Source: Octopus bimaculoides (lineage: Eukaryota). Taken from it: 64,000 nt of DNA. The position numbers were made by a program, and so were the translations under genes. The stretch lies in contig NC_068982.1 of the NCBI RefSeq assembly GCF_001194135.2, positions 37,469,357 to 37,533,356 on the forward strand, in the 5' to 3' direction. A model generated the notes under the pieces. That model saw nothing but the letters and a program-made list of their open reading frames with translations. It made no database searches and was not told the origin of the DNA. This document shows, in pieces, positions 24,737 to 37,591 of this stretch; position 1 is the stretch's first letter; each line of letters begins with the position of its first letter.

Positions 24737-25404
24737 TACATACATACATATATATTCTCTTTGTAAACTGGTGAACTCTTCCTTCAAGTTTCTTGATAGA
24801 ACCAGATTTTCTTGGCTCTAAATTTTCAGGAAACTGAAATTCTGCTGAACTTCTCAACTAGATTTAAAGACAAATTTATAGCAGAATTGCAGGGTATTGG
24901 CCTGGCCTGTGTAGATAACTTAATGCTTAGTAACTTTCTTGTAAATTAGGTGGACAACTAAATGGTATTACAGACTAAGTATCATTCTAGCATAAGTGGT
25001 AAATATTATATTTCACTACAGAGTTTATGGGTATAATCAAATCTTTAGCTGGGTATTTCAGTGTTCCTAGATCTGTTTCATTTGAGTCAATTAATGTTAT
25101 TCAATAATTACACTGTAGATTTTTTTTACATAGGTATAAGGTATCAGACTTTTTAAAGGTAACTAATTGATACTGTAATGTTTTTCAAAAACATTAGAGA
25201 CAGAAGTGAAATGATTGCAACTAAGAATATGAGTTTACTTTATCCTTTCTTTCATTTAGTAAAGAAAAGGAGATATTGATTTCTCTTTTAGGTTTGATCC
25301 TCTTGATATTTTTAAAGGTTATTGAATTCAACCTATTACTTCATTTATCAATTTCATAAATGAAAGGCTAAGAAGTTAGTTTCCATCAGATTTCTATCTA
25401 CTGG

Positions 25405-25745
25405 CAATCTGGTTGAGAAGCTGGCTTCCCAACCATGGTCTTGGGTTCATTCCCACTGTGCAGCACCTTGGACAAATGTCTTCTACTATAGACCTATGCT
25501 GACCAAAGCCTTATGGGTTGATAGGAAAAGACTAAAAGGTGTGTGAGTGTGTGTATGTGCACGTGCATATCCTTGTCTAGATATCACATGATGGTTGTAA
25601 ATGAGCATGGAAAACATGTCTGGCCATGGGGATATATTAGCTTGCTTGGAAATATGAGAGTGGCTGAAAGGACATCTCATAGAAAGTCTACCTCAGATTC
25701 TATCTCACCCACGCAAGCATGGAAAGTGGACGTTAAATGATGACG
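25405..25745 (+). mobile_element. SINE head joined to an RTE-like 3' tail
   Basis: GCTTCCCAACCA..GGTTCATTCCCACTG head, (GT)n, then AGCATGGAAAGTGGACGTTAAATGATGA tail. Confidence 0.65.
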
Positions 25746-26821
25746 ATTGTATTATCATCATGAAATATGAGGTTGCAGATAAATTATTGTAAAAGTTCTA
25801 GTTCAGTTATAGACAACTTAGCTATACTCAGAAAATATTAACCATACTGATCTAATTCTACATTGGCTTTTTGCATCAGGAAGGGTTTACAAGCTTTTAT
25901 GAACTCAATTTGTATGGTATCATTCTATAATACTTAAAGCTCATTGCTTAGTTTATTGTAATGTCTAACAAAGTTGTAATTTATTAGAAAGCATCTCAAA
26001 CATAATGTTGGGAGAGGTTATAATGATGGAAAAATAACATCATTTTCAGTAATATTTTCTTTATCTTGTTTCAATATTTGGTTATTGAGCTAGAAACCAG
26101 CATTGTTTACTTTCCAAATTTCTAATACAATCAAAGACTAATTAAGTATTTTGTATTTATTTTAAACCAAAAAGAAATAAACATTGTGTGTTAATCTTTG
26201 TGTCAATATATGCAAAATTGCACTGTTTATACCTTTTATATCCTTAGTAATTGTGTGTGTGCATCTAAAACTAATTACTCTGTTGTTTACGGTTCACACT
26301 ATACTTTATTGACTATTAATGATTTTTAATTATACTAAATTAGAATTTCTAAAATCATTGATTGAAATAGCCTATCAATTTCCTGAATCTAATTTTTCAT
26401 CTAATATAGTTTGATATATTGTAATAATTTTCTGCATGAACTAGGTTTCTAAATGAATCTTAATATTTAAAAAAATATAATATGAAGAAATAATTCAAGT
26501 ATTAATTAAAAATTGTGTTTGTGTTTTTCTCTTGCATCAATTTAGCTGGAAAGTAGCTATGAATAATAATATAATTTATAATAGAATTGTTGTTGGTAAA
26601 ATGAGTGTTTTATTAAATAGTAGTATATACAAAACTTTTTTTAATGTTAAATACAAAAGCGTAATTCTTTCATTAACTAGTGTTTTTAATTAAGTGTTTA
26701 TTTATAATAATATATGAAGATTGCAATGTGCTTCACATCTTCAATATATAATAAATGTTATTAATGTTCTGAGAAAATCGACCTCTACTGTTCAATTGCT
26801 AACACAGCTTTTCCTTTCCAG

Positions 26822-27222
26822 GTTGATTGTCAGGTAATCAAACAAGAACCACTCTCTGAAAGAAATCTTCCATTATTTGGGACTAAAACTGATATATCAT
26901 CGAATTTAATTGATAAATTACCCTCAGATGTTAATGACAACTCTGGCCAGCTAATCATTCCTGCAGATTTGCAATCTCACATTAACTCTGAGAATTTAAC
27001 CACTCACTTTAATCTACCTGATATTACAAATTATTTTAGTCAAACTTCTTCATTAAATGATTGCATCCTAGCACAACCCACTGTTTACAACCAATCTACC
27101 ATGCTTAATAATGCACAGATTCCAAGAATACAGTCTAGGCTTTCACACATGACTGTAGATGCCCAACAAAATATGGAACTTCAAAACCAAATACAAAGAC
27201 AGAACAAAAGATCCTTATATGG
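26822..27222 (+). CDS. THAP module, coding exon 2 (phase 0 in, phase 2 out)
   Basis: Acceptor CTTTTCCTTTCCAG| and donor GG|GTAAGT; open frame VDCQVIKQEP...RSLY, in phase with exon 1; Q/N/S-rich with an IKQE SUMO-type motif. Linkage to exon 1 across 19 kb is inferred from phase and strand. Confidence 0.75.
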
Positions 27223-30200
27223 GTAAGTTAACTCTTCTAGCTCTTAGTTTATGTTCTTTCAAAGTAGAAGAAAGGCTTTGGAAAAATACTCAACTCAAAC
27301 TTTCATCAAATTCTAATAAAGACTTGTCAGTTGGCTGTATGTCTATCCTGTTGACATCTAAGAGCCTCCTTTCGAACACTTTTTGAAGTGGTGGATGAAT
27401 AACATAGGGGATATTTTTCAAGTCTGGATTCATTAATACAGAAAACTTTCATGATTACAGATCTCCTTGGACTGGGGCTCGTTTTAATCAAGGAGTCTAC
27501 TGCATATTGACTTTATCAACTATTTTACATTGTTATCACCTTATTAATGGACATAAAACATATCAGTGAAATCTGGATTGAAATCTAGAATTGAAACCAC
27601 TGCTTCTACTGTGAAGTTTGCTGTCTTACTGACTAGCTTGTACAACTGCCATTTAAGAGTTTCTAAACTGGAAATTATTTTATACACTATAAGGTTTGTT
27701 TTTATGAATTTTTAATTTTATATTGGATTATTTTATGTCAATAAATAAATTTCTCATAAAATTGCTGAACAACCAAAGGACAATTCATTTATCATCTTGA
27801 ATAATATATAATTATTTAATAATCATTGATAGATCACCACACATCTTCATGGTCTACTGCTTCACTACTAACATTTTTTATACACTGGACAAGACTAATT
27901 GTTACTTTGTTGTTTGTGTTTAGCTCATTTCTGTGCATCTTCTCTCAATTGTATCAAGTGTACATTAAAAAAAAATTTTTAATTATTGTAACCACTAGTT
28001 GGCTATAATTCAGAGTGATCAATAAAAGTCTATGTTTTTTATTTATATTTTCATCTGGAAATAGAAATAGATGTCACTTATCTCTTAATTCTTGTAGATA
28101 TTTATTTGATTCAGATAGATGGCCCTCTCAATGTTAAGCACTCACCATTTGACTATACAATCAGAATGGTAACTAATTCTTCAAATATCTTAAGTGAAAC
28201 AAAGTGAAGTGAATAACAGTTGAGCAATGTTTCTCTCCTAAAAGAAGATTAAAATACTTATGATAGGCTTTGAACCTATAATTTGTAGGTTTGTAGAATA
28301 TTATGTATGATGAAACTGAAATATTTTGTTCATATATTTTACTAAGTAAAAATTTCTGCAAGTACAGTCATCATCTTGCTGATTAACCCCATCGTCAGGT
28401 GTCAGGTCTAATCAAGCAAACCTATTATGACAAAAACGATTCCAGCCTTGAATGCCTAGTCCCTTTTTTTTTTTGTCTTTTCAATGCAGCCTTTCTTTTT
28501 CTTTTTTCTTTTTTTTTTCAGGCAATAGGATGAGATTTGATTACTGTTTTTGATTACATTGATTGATCATATAGAAGTTCTTTTGTTGGTTTGTTGGTCA
28601 TCTTGTTTATATATGTGATGATTAAATCTGCTGAATATCTGAGTTTACCCAAAACTATTTCACTCATTTGGAACTGAAATGAATATCTTTTAAGTCAATA
28701 TAAAATATTGAAACAAAGTAAAAAAAAAAATAATGATACACATCAAGAAGAACTATTTCAATATCAATCTAATATTTTAGTGATAAAGCATTTGTTATAT
28801 TTTAGAAGTTTGAGTTATACTATAGGAAAAAGGGCATGTTGCTTGTATATGTGATGAGAATAATTGTTTCAGATTAATGTGATGAAAATAATAAGAGTAA
28901 TAAATTGGATAAAAATGTTTTTGTTAACATATTGTAGCTGATATAGAATTAATTGTAAAAAATATTTAAGAATGTAATAGCTACAGTTTACAAAAATGAA
29001 CAAAAATAGGAAATAAATTATTAAGTGATGTATAGTATTTAAATAATGTAAAAATAAACACATTTTGATTGTCAGTGTTGAGAATTTTCAACATCCCACA
29101 GATGTCTGAACTGGAAGAGTAAACTGCAACAATCCAGATTGGTCCTCTTTATAATTGTAGTTGTCATAATGCTCATTTCAGTATTGGATTCCTGACTAAT
29201 TGGTTCATCATTAATGTCTAATTTCCATATTTGCTTTTACTACCTTAATGTTCTGCTACATACATTATCTTCATGCCATGCAATGCATTTGGAAATGTTG
29301 AGATTACAAATGTATCCTCTTTATGTTTATCTAGTTAGATAGGAGGTAGCCACAAAACAATTGCAATTAGAACCTTGAAAAATGTTCAAATTTAATCCAT
29401 TACACGACTGATAAAAGTATTAAAAATAGATTAAAAAAAAATAATAGTAATAATAAAAAGTGTGGAAAAAATGAAATATATGTTATTTATTGTTGACTCT
29501 AATTAAATGGATTGTACATTTTAAAGGCATTTAAAATAGAAGAATTATGTATATAATTTTGTTTTATATTCTAATGTATGAATACGTATGAATATATTTA
29601 CCTTGTTGAAACATGTTCCATAGAATATGTTATTTAAGCTAAATGTAATATAATTATATAAAATTTAGATAATGCATTTCTTGGCTTGTTATGAATTCAT
29701 CTGATAAATTTAGAACACTTCTGATATTGATTGCTTCTATTGATCTTTTAAAAGCTACTCGAGGTTTGGTGCTAGTTATTCATTAATTATTTTATATGCA
29801 TTTTTTTCTTCATCTCTTTGAATTCCCAAACAGAAGCTATTATAAAACTCCAGATATGCTTAGTCAACTGCTAGTTAATTATATTGTATATTTAGCTCTA
29901 GTCCAGTGTACAGTTAATTAGATTAGAAGACAAATCTAGCTACTTACAAGCTTTCTTTGTGTTCTTTGCCCCTTCTTCCTCCATTGCCAATTACTTCAAA
30001 TATTCCAACTCATTTTCAGAAGATTATTTCATTCTGTAGTTAAAATTTAACATTTAAAATTATTTCTGTTCTGTGTTTCTTTATTTGCATATATATTTAT
30101 CTAAAACCTACATCTACCATACTATTACAATCCAACAATACTAATAGAGAAAAATAGAACCAGAAATTTATTAAAATACTCTTTTTCTTTATTATAATTG

Positions 30201-32054
30201 TTTTCATTTAGTTTGATATTTTCTTGTGTGGGAGAGGTGAAGGCAGGTCTCAGTTTCAACTCAATATTTCAAGTTTCTAAACAAGTATTTAATCTTGTTA
30301 TTACATTCAACATTTTTTTATATACAATAAATATTTATTATTCACTAGCTTCAATGCTAAATGGAATGAAAGAAATTTAACTAAAAAGTGCTATCAATAG
30401 AATATTTCATTTTTTTCAAAATATTTGACAACTATTCTAATATTTGATATTAATTTCAGTTATGTTATCTTTGTTGCAAAAATATTTAATGTTATTGTGT
30501 TATCTTTATTATAAATTAATGTTTCCAACCTCAAATTGGATTATTTTGCACAAACTTAATTGACAATAAACACAGTAACATGCAGGCACAGTATTGACAA
30601 CATACATGCTTTAACCCAGAAACACATATATTCCCTGAGTCCTAAAGTATCTCAAGCTGCAGTTATCTAGTACCAGCTTTGCCATAAAGAGCAATATCAT
30701 AAGGAGTTCTGCAGGAGTTCTGTGAGTACATGCCATTGATAATACCCAATGAGACTGAAATGCATTTGGCATTCTCACTAGCTGCTGTTGAGACGATTAT
30801 GTATTATAAATACAGCATGTCCATAAGAAGTGTTATTTCAGGATGGATACCAGGTAAATTGCCTTTCAACAACATATTTACATTAAGTATGATACATAAA
30901 TGGTTATTTAAAAAAAAATTTATATTGCACTTTGTGAGTCATAGCTTCATAGGTTAGAGGATTCCAATGGGCTAATTATTGGTTTTACTCTATGTCTGAT
31001 AGCAAGAATGACAAATGAGCATCTGTAAATTTGTTGATTCTTTTGAAGAGCATTGGCTTTACACTGGTATTGACATCCTTTGTGTGTGTGTGTGTGTGTG
31101 TATGTTCAAAAATATAAACATGCACACATGTATATATGCATTATGTGAATGTGTGTATACAATAAATATTTATCATTCATTGCTGTATATAAAGTCCACA
31201 CATACACATGGAGTGGACTTCTGCAGAGTTTCTGTCTGCTACATTTTCTACTCAAAAGATATTGGTCAAACTGAAGCTATGGTAATAGATATTTTCCCAA
31301 GGTACCATAAAGTAGGCTCAAACCCAAGAACCATGGGGCTGTGAAATGAACTTCTTAACTATACAGTCATGCCTGTGCTTGCAAATCATCCCCCAATGTC
31401 TCTTTGTATTCACACTGGTAAAAACTCACGTAACTTGTTTATCAGTTCTTAGGTAGCAGCCAATAATACAAGAAGTGTTTACTATACCAGCTTTTACTCC
31501 ATCTTTTATATGGTTGCTCACAAAAAGTATACTGTTTTGTTAAGTTGACTTTAATGTTGGAATTAGTTGTTCCTTTGTGTGTTAACAGTCTTGAATGTAC
31601 ATGAAGTTGTGAAGAGGAACAACAATGATCTATATTAGGGTCAGTCATACTAATACCATTTCCAGCAGAAAAAATATACATAAAACATCTGGGAAAAAGT
31701 CTATGGTCAAAGCAGCAACAGGTTATGTCATAGTTTGAAGTAAGGACTATAGAAATGAGAAGCATACACACACACACACACACACAGAGCTGAATGTTGG
31801 CCTAACTTCTGGCCAGTGTGCATTAGTCAAGGACTCCTACCAAAAGAAGATGTCTAAGAAGCTAAATGCTAGAGCACTGTATGGGTGAAGCTTAGAGACT
31901 ATATTTACTAAAGAGTACAGGATCAGATTTCATATATCCAATTCAGTAGTTGCTGATGAATTTGATTGTATGGTAACCCCATCGGTAATGTACTGTCAAT
32001 AAACCAATTGCTTTAGTTTCTAGATAGTGTCCAGAAGAAGATTAAATTGCTTAA

Positions 32055-32219
32055 CTCCTTAGCACTCAGATTACTTTGTCAAATGTAATGCTTATTTTTT
32101 CACATTGCTTTGAATTATTCACAGCTTTGAGATTTTGATGATGTGATTGTTTATTTTTAGAATGAAATTGTTGGGTAGGTGTGAGAAGCTAGATCTGGCC
32201 AGTTTAAATGCTAAAAGGG
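32055..32219. mobile_element. piggyBac-like MITE, diverged
   Basis: TTAA at 32051-32054 and 32220-32223; ends CTCCTTAGCA and TGCTAAAAGGG. Confidence 0.75.
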
Positions 32220-33545
32220 TTAAAAATAGATGGAAACAAAACATTACCTATTATGAATACTCAAGAATCAGCATTAAATACCACCACCACCACCATCAAC
32301 ATAATCAAATTCATATACACAAATATATGCATGCCGTCATCAACATTATCAAATGTCTTTTAGAATTGGCAATTATAACCTTAATGTCATTGGTTGGTGT
32401 GCTTATCTTATCTACCACATTAGTTTGTCAATGCCTTTAGCCTGTATTTCTCTTCCTCCATCTAATTATCTCCGTAGCAACTAAGTATCCAGTTGATATT
32501 GCCTTCATATGTGTCTATTGGATGCTGCTGACATATGTTATGATTGTCTTTTTCAATCACTGATTTTCTTTCATTTTGTTTAATGTCCAAAGAATTTTCT
32601 GTATTCAATTCAGTACAAAACCCATTTCCATTGTTGTAGACACTTTATATATATGTGTGTGTGTGTGTGTGTATTTATTAAACTGCACATAAGGATACTT
32701 TTTATGTAGGCTTGGAGTATCTTCTGTCTTAAAAAAGAAAGATATTCCAAACCTCATCTCAACTCTTTTATTTCATCTTTGAAGTTGTTGCTTGCAGTGA
32801 CTTTAAAGCCCACAGTCCCATTTAAATTTCTCATTTTGCCTTTATCAATGACAATGGCAATGTGAGTTTCTCCACATTATCTTTCACTTGCAAAATATCA
32901 GCCAAATCTCCCTCAAATTTTTCCAATTTTTCAAAGACTAATTGAATAATGTTGTCTCTAGATGCTGTACTTCTAAATAAGTGACCAAATAGTTACAACT
33001 GAAGTGTCTTTGATAATAAACATATCTTATCACCTAATGACCTGAGGCTAAATGATAACTGATTGGCTTGCTAGCTTAATTATATTCTTAGAACAAAAAG
33101 TTTGACTGTTCTCCACTCATGTTAAACTAATTCAGGATCTAATCTACGTCTCTCTCATTTAAGATTAATGGACACACTAGAATGGTTAAAAGTCCAAAAT
33201 TACCTTTTAGCAAAGACAAAGAACTTTATTTTGAATTCTAATAAGAGAGAGCTGTTTCTCTAACTTGATGCGCACCCCTCAATGTTCATTTTTGAAGCAG
33301 TGTATAAAACCGTCAGTAATTCTCCTCACTGAACATGTGGTTTTAATTATGAAAAGAGTGTAAGAAAATCTCCAGAAAATTTCATGGACTTAGGGCTTTA
33401 TTTCAGGAATAGGATCCTCTTTGCAGAGATGTTTTTAATTTTGAAAAGAGTTTTCTAAAAAGAAATAGGTTTGACGTCTTTGTAAAAATAAATATTAAAT
33501 GCCTTTAACTTTTTCTCTTTTAATAATAATAATAATAATATATGT

Positions 33546-33704
33546 GCAGGCGTGGCTGTGTGGTAAGTAGTTTGCTTAGTAACTACATGGATCCAGGTTC
33601 AGTCCCACTGGGTAGTACCTTGGGCAAGTGTCTTCTACTATAGCTCCGAGCTGACCAAAACCTCGTGAGTGGATTTGGTGGACGGAAACTGAAAGAAGCC
33701 TGTC

Positions 33705-33741
<37 letters not shown>

Positions 33742-33868
33742 TATCTGTGTGTCTGTCCCCTCACCGTCGCTTGACAACCAATGATGTTGGTGTGTTTACG
33801 TTCCCATAATATAGCGGTTCAGGCAAAAAGAGAGCGATAGGATAAGTACTAGGTTTACAAAGAATAAG
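33546..33868 (+). mobile_element. SINE family A
   Basis: Well-preserved head, (AT)n(AC)n and tail running into a short gap. Confidence 0.88.
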
Positions 33869-33878
33869 NNNNNNNNNN

Positions 33879-33912
<34 letters not shown>

Positions 33913-34754
33913 GTTATTTCATTAAGATCACAGTCATTGTAATTACTGAAATTGATATTTATACATCAGATAATTTTAAGTTTATTTTTTAATGTTTCAC
34001 TTGATACCCTTTCCCACCCCTCTCCTATTTTCTTATATATATATATATATATATAAAAGAACTAGACAAAAATAATTGATAATTTCTTTTAAATAATGAA
34101 ATAATCTTTCATGTACAATGATTTATTTCTATTCAGCTTGTCTGTAGTTTACCGAAGAGATAGATTGAGAGAGAGAGAGAGAGAGACTGCAGATATTGCC
34201 AGAATTAATATATTGGCATATGCACAACGTGTATGTGTGTGTTTATATATAGAGAGAGATACACACATATACAACATGCGCACATACACTATCAGATTTG
34301 TTATCCTCCATTAAGTTGTTTTGTTTTAAGAGGAACAACAGTTACAAGTCGAGCGAACTGCTTTCTATTGCTGTATTATTGCTTGTTTTGCAGGACCGAT
34401 AGCCAGCTAGCAAGCTAACTGACAGCAGCGGGTCTGGTTTATAATCAGCTATTATTAGATTGGCTGGTCGACTTCTACCACGTACTACTACCCAGTCTTA
34501 AACAATTTATGTAACTTCTGTCGAAAATCTATCTATCCAAATTATCCTCAACTGTAACAGATCTTTGTAAATTATATTTTGAAAACGATTCAGCGTTTGT
34601 GTATCTTTGTAATTCTTTTGCTGGAAAAAAATATATAGAAAAAAAAGATACCTCTGAACCTGTACTATGGGAAATTTTCTGCACTATGAGAAAAAATCTA
34701 TTTTATTGAATATGTATTAACTGTCGTTAGCCAACCTGACAAAGCCTCAACAAG

Positions 34755-36295
34755 ATGGCGACTGAGTGGCATAAGGTGGTCCAACCTAGTAGTAATCTGA
34801 CTGTTGTCGATAATTCAAGTAAACAAACTACTGAAGATAAACACTGTCAGAAAACGAAAGATAGTACTCAATGGGGGGTACGAGTATTCACCGATTTTTG
34901 CAATGAAGTTGGTTATAATGTGGAGTCTGCGACCCAAGATGTGTCATTATTATGTCAGGTATTGAAGCGATTATATGCTGGAGCGCGAACAAAAAAATGT
35001 GAACTTTATCAGCTCACAGCTTTCCGTTCTCTTCGTTATGCACTCAAACGACACTTTGAGGAAACTCTCAATCTGGATATTATTAAAGGAGATGCTTTCG
35101 TCGAAGCGAACGAATCCTTTGTTTTTATGGAGAAGCGTATTAAAGCCGAGGGCAAAGGCCTGATACGACATTACCCCCCTGTCGAAGAGCAAGACATGGC
35201 TCGTTTAAAGGAATATTTTAAAGCAAACATGCAGAATCCAACTCCACGGGAACTTTTGGAGTATGTTTGGTTTATTTTGCAATATTACATGTGCAGACTG
35301 GGAAGAGATGGACAGACAGAATTGAAAATAACTTCATTTGTTATTCGGACTGATGCTCAGGGAGAGCGGAGCATTGTTCAAAATGAATCTGAACCTCTGG
35401 ATGGAAACGGGGAAAATGATGAGGAATTAGCTGGAGGGCTAATACCATCGTTGAAAGGAGATGTGCTCTGTCCGGTGAGGGCATACGAGTTGTATATTTC
35501 TAAGCTGCATCAGGATTTTGATAGACTTTTCCAAAAACCTAAAAAACTGGTTGATTCTAGTCAACCGTATTGGTTCGATCGCATTCCGTATGGTAAAACT
35601 CCTCTGGGTGGTATGATGCCTACTCTAAGCCACAAAGCAGGACTGTCCAAACGTTACACTAATCACAGTTTGAGAGCTACGGCTATAGAGAAATTACTGT
35701 GGGGTGGCATAAACAGAAAAGATGTTCGTGCCATCAGTCAGTTATTCGGACAGCCAACATCTGTTTCACAGAGAAAGAAGATGGCATCTATTCTTAGTAA
35801 CATTGCTGGAGAGCAAAGTACATCAGCAGTAGCAGCACCCTTCTTGGAAGAGGCTCGATTAAATTCTAAGATCACGTCTAACAAAAGGGTAAATAATTTC
35901 AGAAATGAATTTCAACAACTCTCAAATAATTCTGCTTCCTTATCGCAGAAAAAGAATATTAATCTCCTCACTCCATCAGCAATATCATCTCTAAATACTT
36001 CGTGTTTACCAAAATCTAACACTACGAGGCCGCCTCTTTCAACAACCGGAGATTCTAGCGAAAAATCTGTCAATTGGAGAGAACCAGTTACAAACAGAAG
36101 ACAACAAATAAGTTCCAGTGAGGCAAAACACAACTTACGGTGTTTACAAAGTTTACATTTTGGAAGAGGGAGAGAATCGAAAGAAAAAAGTTCTAGCAGA
36201 ATTGAAACTCAGGAAGAGAATCGTGTTGCCGACCAAAGTTCAGAGACATCCTCCTTTATGATTACAGATGTGCATTCTTGCGCCAACTCTTTCAC
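34755..36295 (+). CDS. Crypton-type tyrosine-recombinase-like (DUF3504) coding exon; unspliced ORF would end at 36299 (514 aa)
   Basis: Uninterrupted ORF with good start context (CAAGATGG). Motifs STQWGVRVF, SLRYALKRH, EGKG..HYPP, VWF..YMCRLGRD, CPVRAYELYISKL, LFQKP, YTNHSLRAT. Its stop codon lies inside a GTAAGC donor (AC|GTAAGC, phase 2). Confidence 0.9.
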
Positions 36296-36971
36296 GTAAG
36301 CATAACTTTTACACGATCGTCCCCAGTCTCAAGATTTTTGTTATACAGAACAATTCTTATATTTTAAAACAAGTCTTTTAATTATGCACACACGCATACA
36401 CCATACATGCAATAAACACACACACACATATAATGTTTGTATGTCAAACCAAAATTATCGCACGTGTTTTCTACGATGGATTCGGGTTGACCAATGTCAT
36501 GGAGTGGAGGTTGGTAGTCGGAAACTGCAGAGGTCCGTCCTGTGTGTGTGTGTGTGTGTGTAATGTAGTGTTTGTGTTTATGTACTAGTAATTCAGCCTT
36601 GTCACACGCTTATTTCGCTTGAGAAATACTTTAAAGATACATGTGTGTGTCTAATGTTTAGTGACTTTCACTCTAACAGTTGAATACACTTTGTTGCAAC
36701 TGACATATATATGTACGTGTGTGGTGGTGCTTTCTTAGAAGGGGTTCAATGTTCACTTCTCGCTTGTATGTTTCACTTTGGGCCGGAGGAGTGGGGTACC
36801 TACCCTTCTTGTTACCAACCACTTTACAGAATGCATTGTGTGCGTTTTTCGGGGCATCAGAACTAACGACATTGGCATGTCCTCTTGACCCTCCGTTGTT
36901 TTGACTGGATGCATTTTATGATGGTACAGTTAGTTTGCTTCGTACCCTATAAGTACTCACTACGGCACTGT

Positions 36972-37099
36972 CATGGTATTAGCTGTCAGAAGTGAAAGTA
37001 GAAAAATCTGACAAGGAACGTTACTGCTGGTTTGAGTTGATTCTTTGGCTACTGACAGCTAATACCATGACTGGCCGGAGCGAGCTATCTGTCTGTCTG

Positions 37100-37156
<57 letters not shown>

Positions 37157-37591
37157 TTATCTATCACTCGAAAGTTATTGGAACAAATTCGACACCTATA
37201 TCCATGCGTTTGAAAACACACAGAGTGGTCCCGAACGCGCAGTCGCGCGTCCGCGCTAGCTAGTCGTGAGTGGTCGATCCTATTATTTTTAAACTTCAAA
37301 CTTCATTTGTTTTCTATTTTGATAAATTCTCTCTGTTGAAAATTATATTTTTATATTTTAAATAATTTGCAATTTCAGAAAATATATTTTTATATTAAAT
37401 TTGCGTTTTCTAATTTGATAAATTCTACGGACACAGGTGAACGAGTGATAGATAGATAGATAGATATAGAGAGATAGTGAGATAGACAGACAGATAGATA
37501 GCTCCGGCTAGTCAGTAGCCAAAGAGTCAACTCAAACTAGCAGTAACGTTCCTTGTCAGTTCTACTTTCACTTCTGACAGCTAATACCATG
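36972..37591. repeat. Large inverted repeat (about 110-bp arms extending into CT/GA microsatellite) around a CpG-rich core
   Basis: 36972-37082 versus 37501-37591 are reverse complements apart from two insertions in the left arm and a few substitutions. Confidence 0.9.
37228..37280 (+). promoter_or_regulatory. CpG-dense promoter-like island with candidate non-coding exon donor
   Basis: 10 CpG in 37231-37280 in an otherwise CpG-poor window; GTGAGT at 37266-37271. Confidence 0.45.

Noticed and set aside
28098-28137. Possible short terminal exon for the THAP module (TTCTTGTAG|A TAT TTA...TGT TAA, phase-2 compatible)
   Set aside because: Good acceptor, but only 13 codons with no recognisable content, so it cannot be supported. 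It remains the main alternative to the THAP-BTB join.
30540-30960. GC-richer island with short ORFs and a CAG|GTAAAT donor
   Set aside because: Stops in all useful frames on both strands; no recognisable protein; donor phase does not fit the BTB acceptor with a meaningful frame.
34394-34418. Splice of THAP exon 2 into the acceptor upstream of the DUF3504 ORF (THAP-recombinase fusion)
   Set aside because: A phase-2 join hits TAA after 8 codons, and the frame directly upstream of the ATG contains TGA (34737-34739).
34755-37591. Active Crypton transposon
   Set aside because: Catalytic residues appear lost, no matching termini were found on both sides, and the ORF ends in a splice donor.
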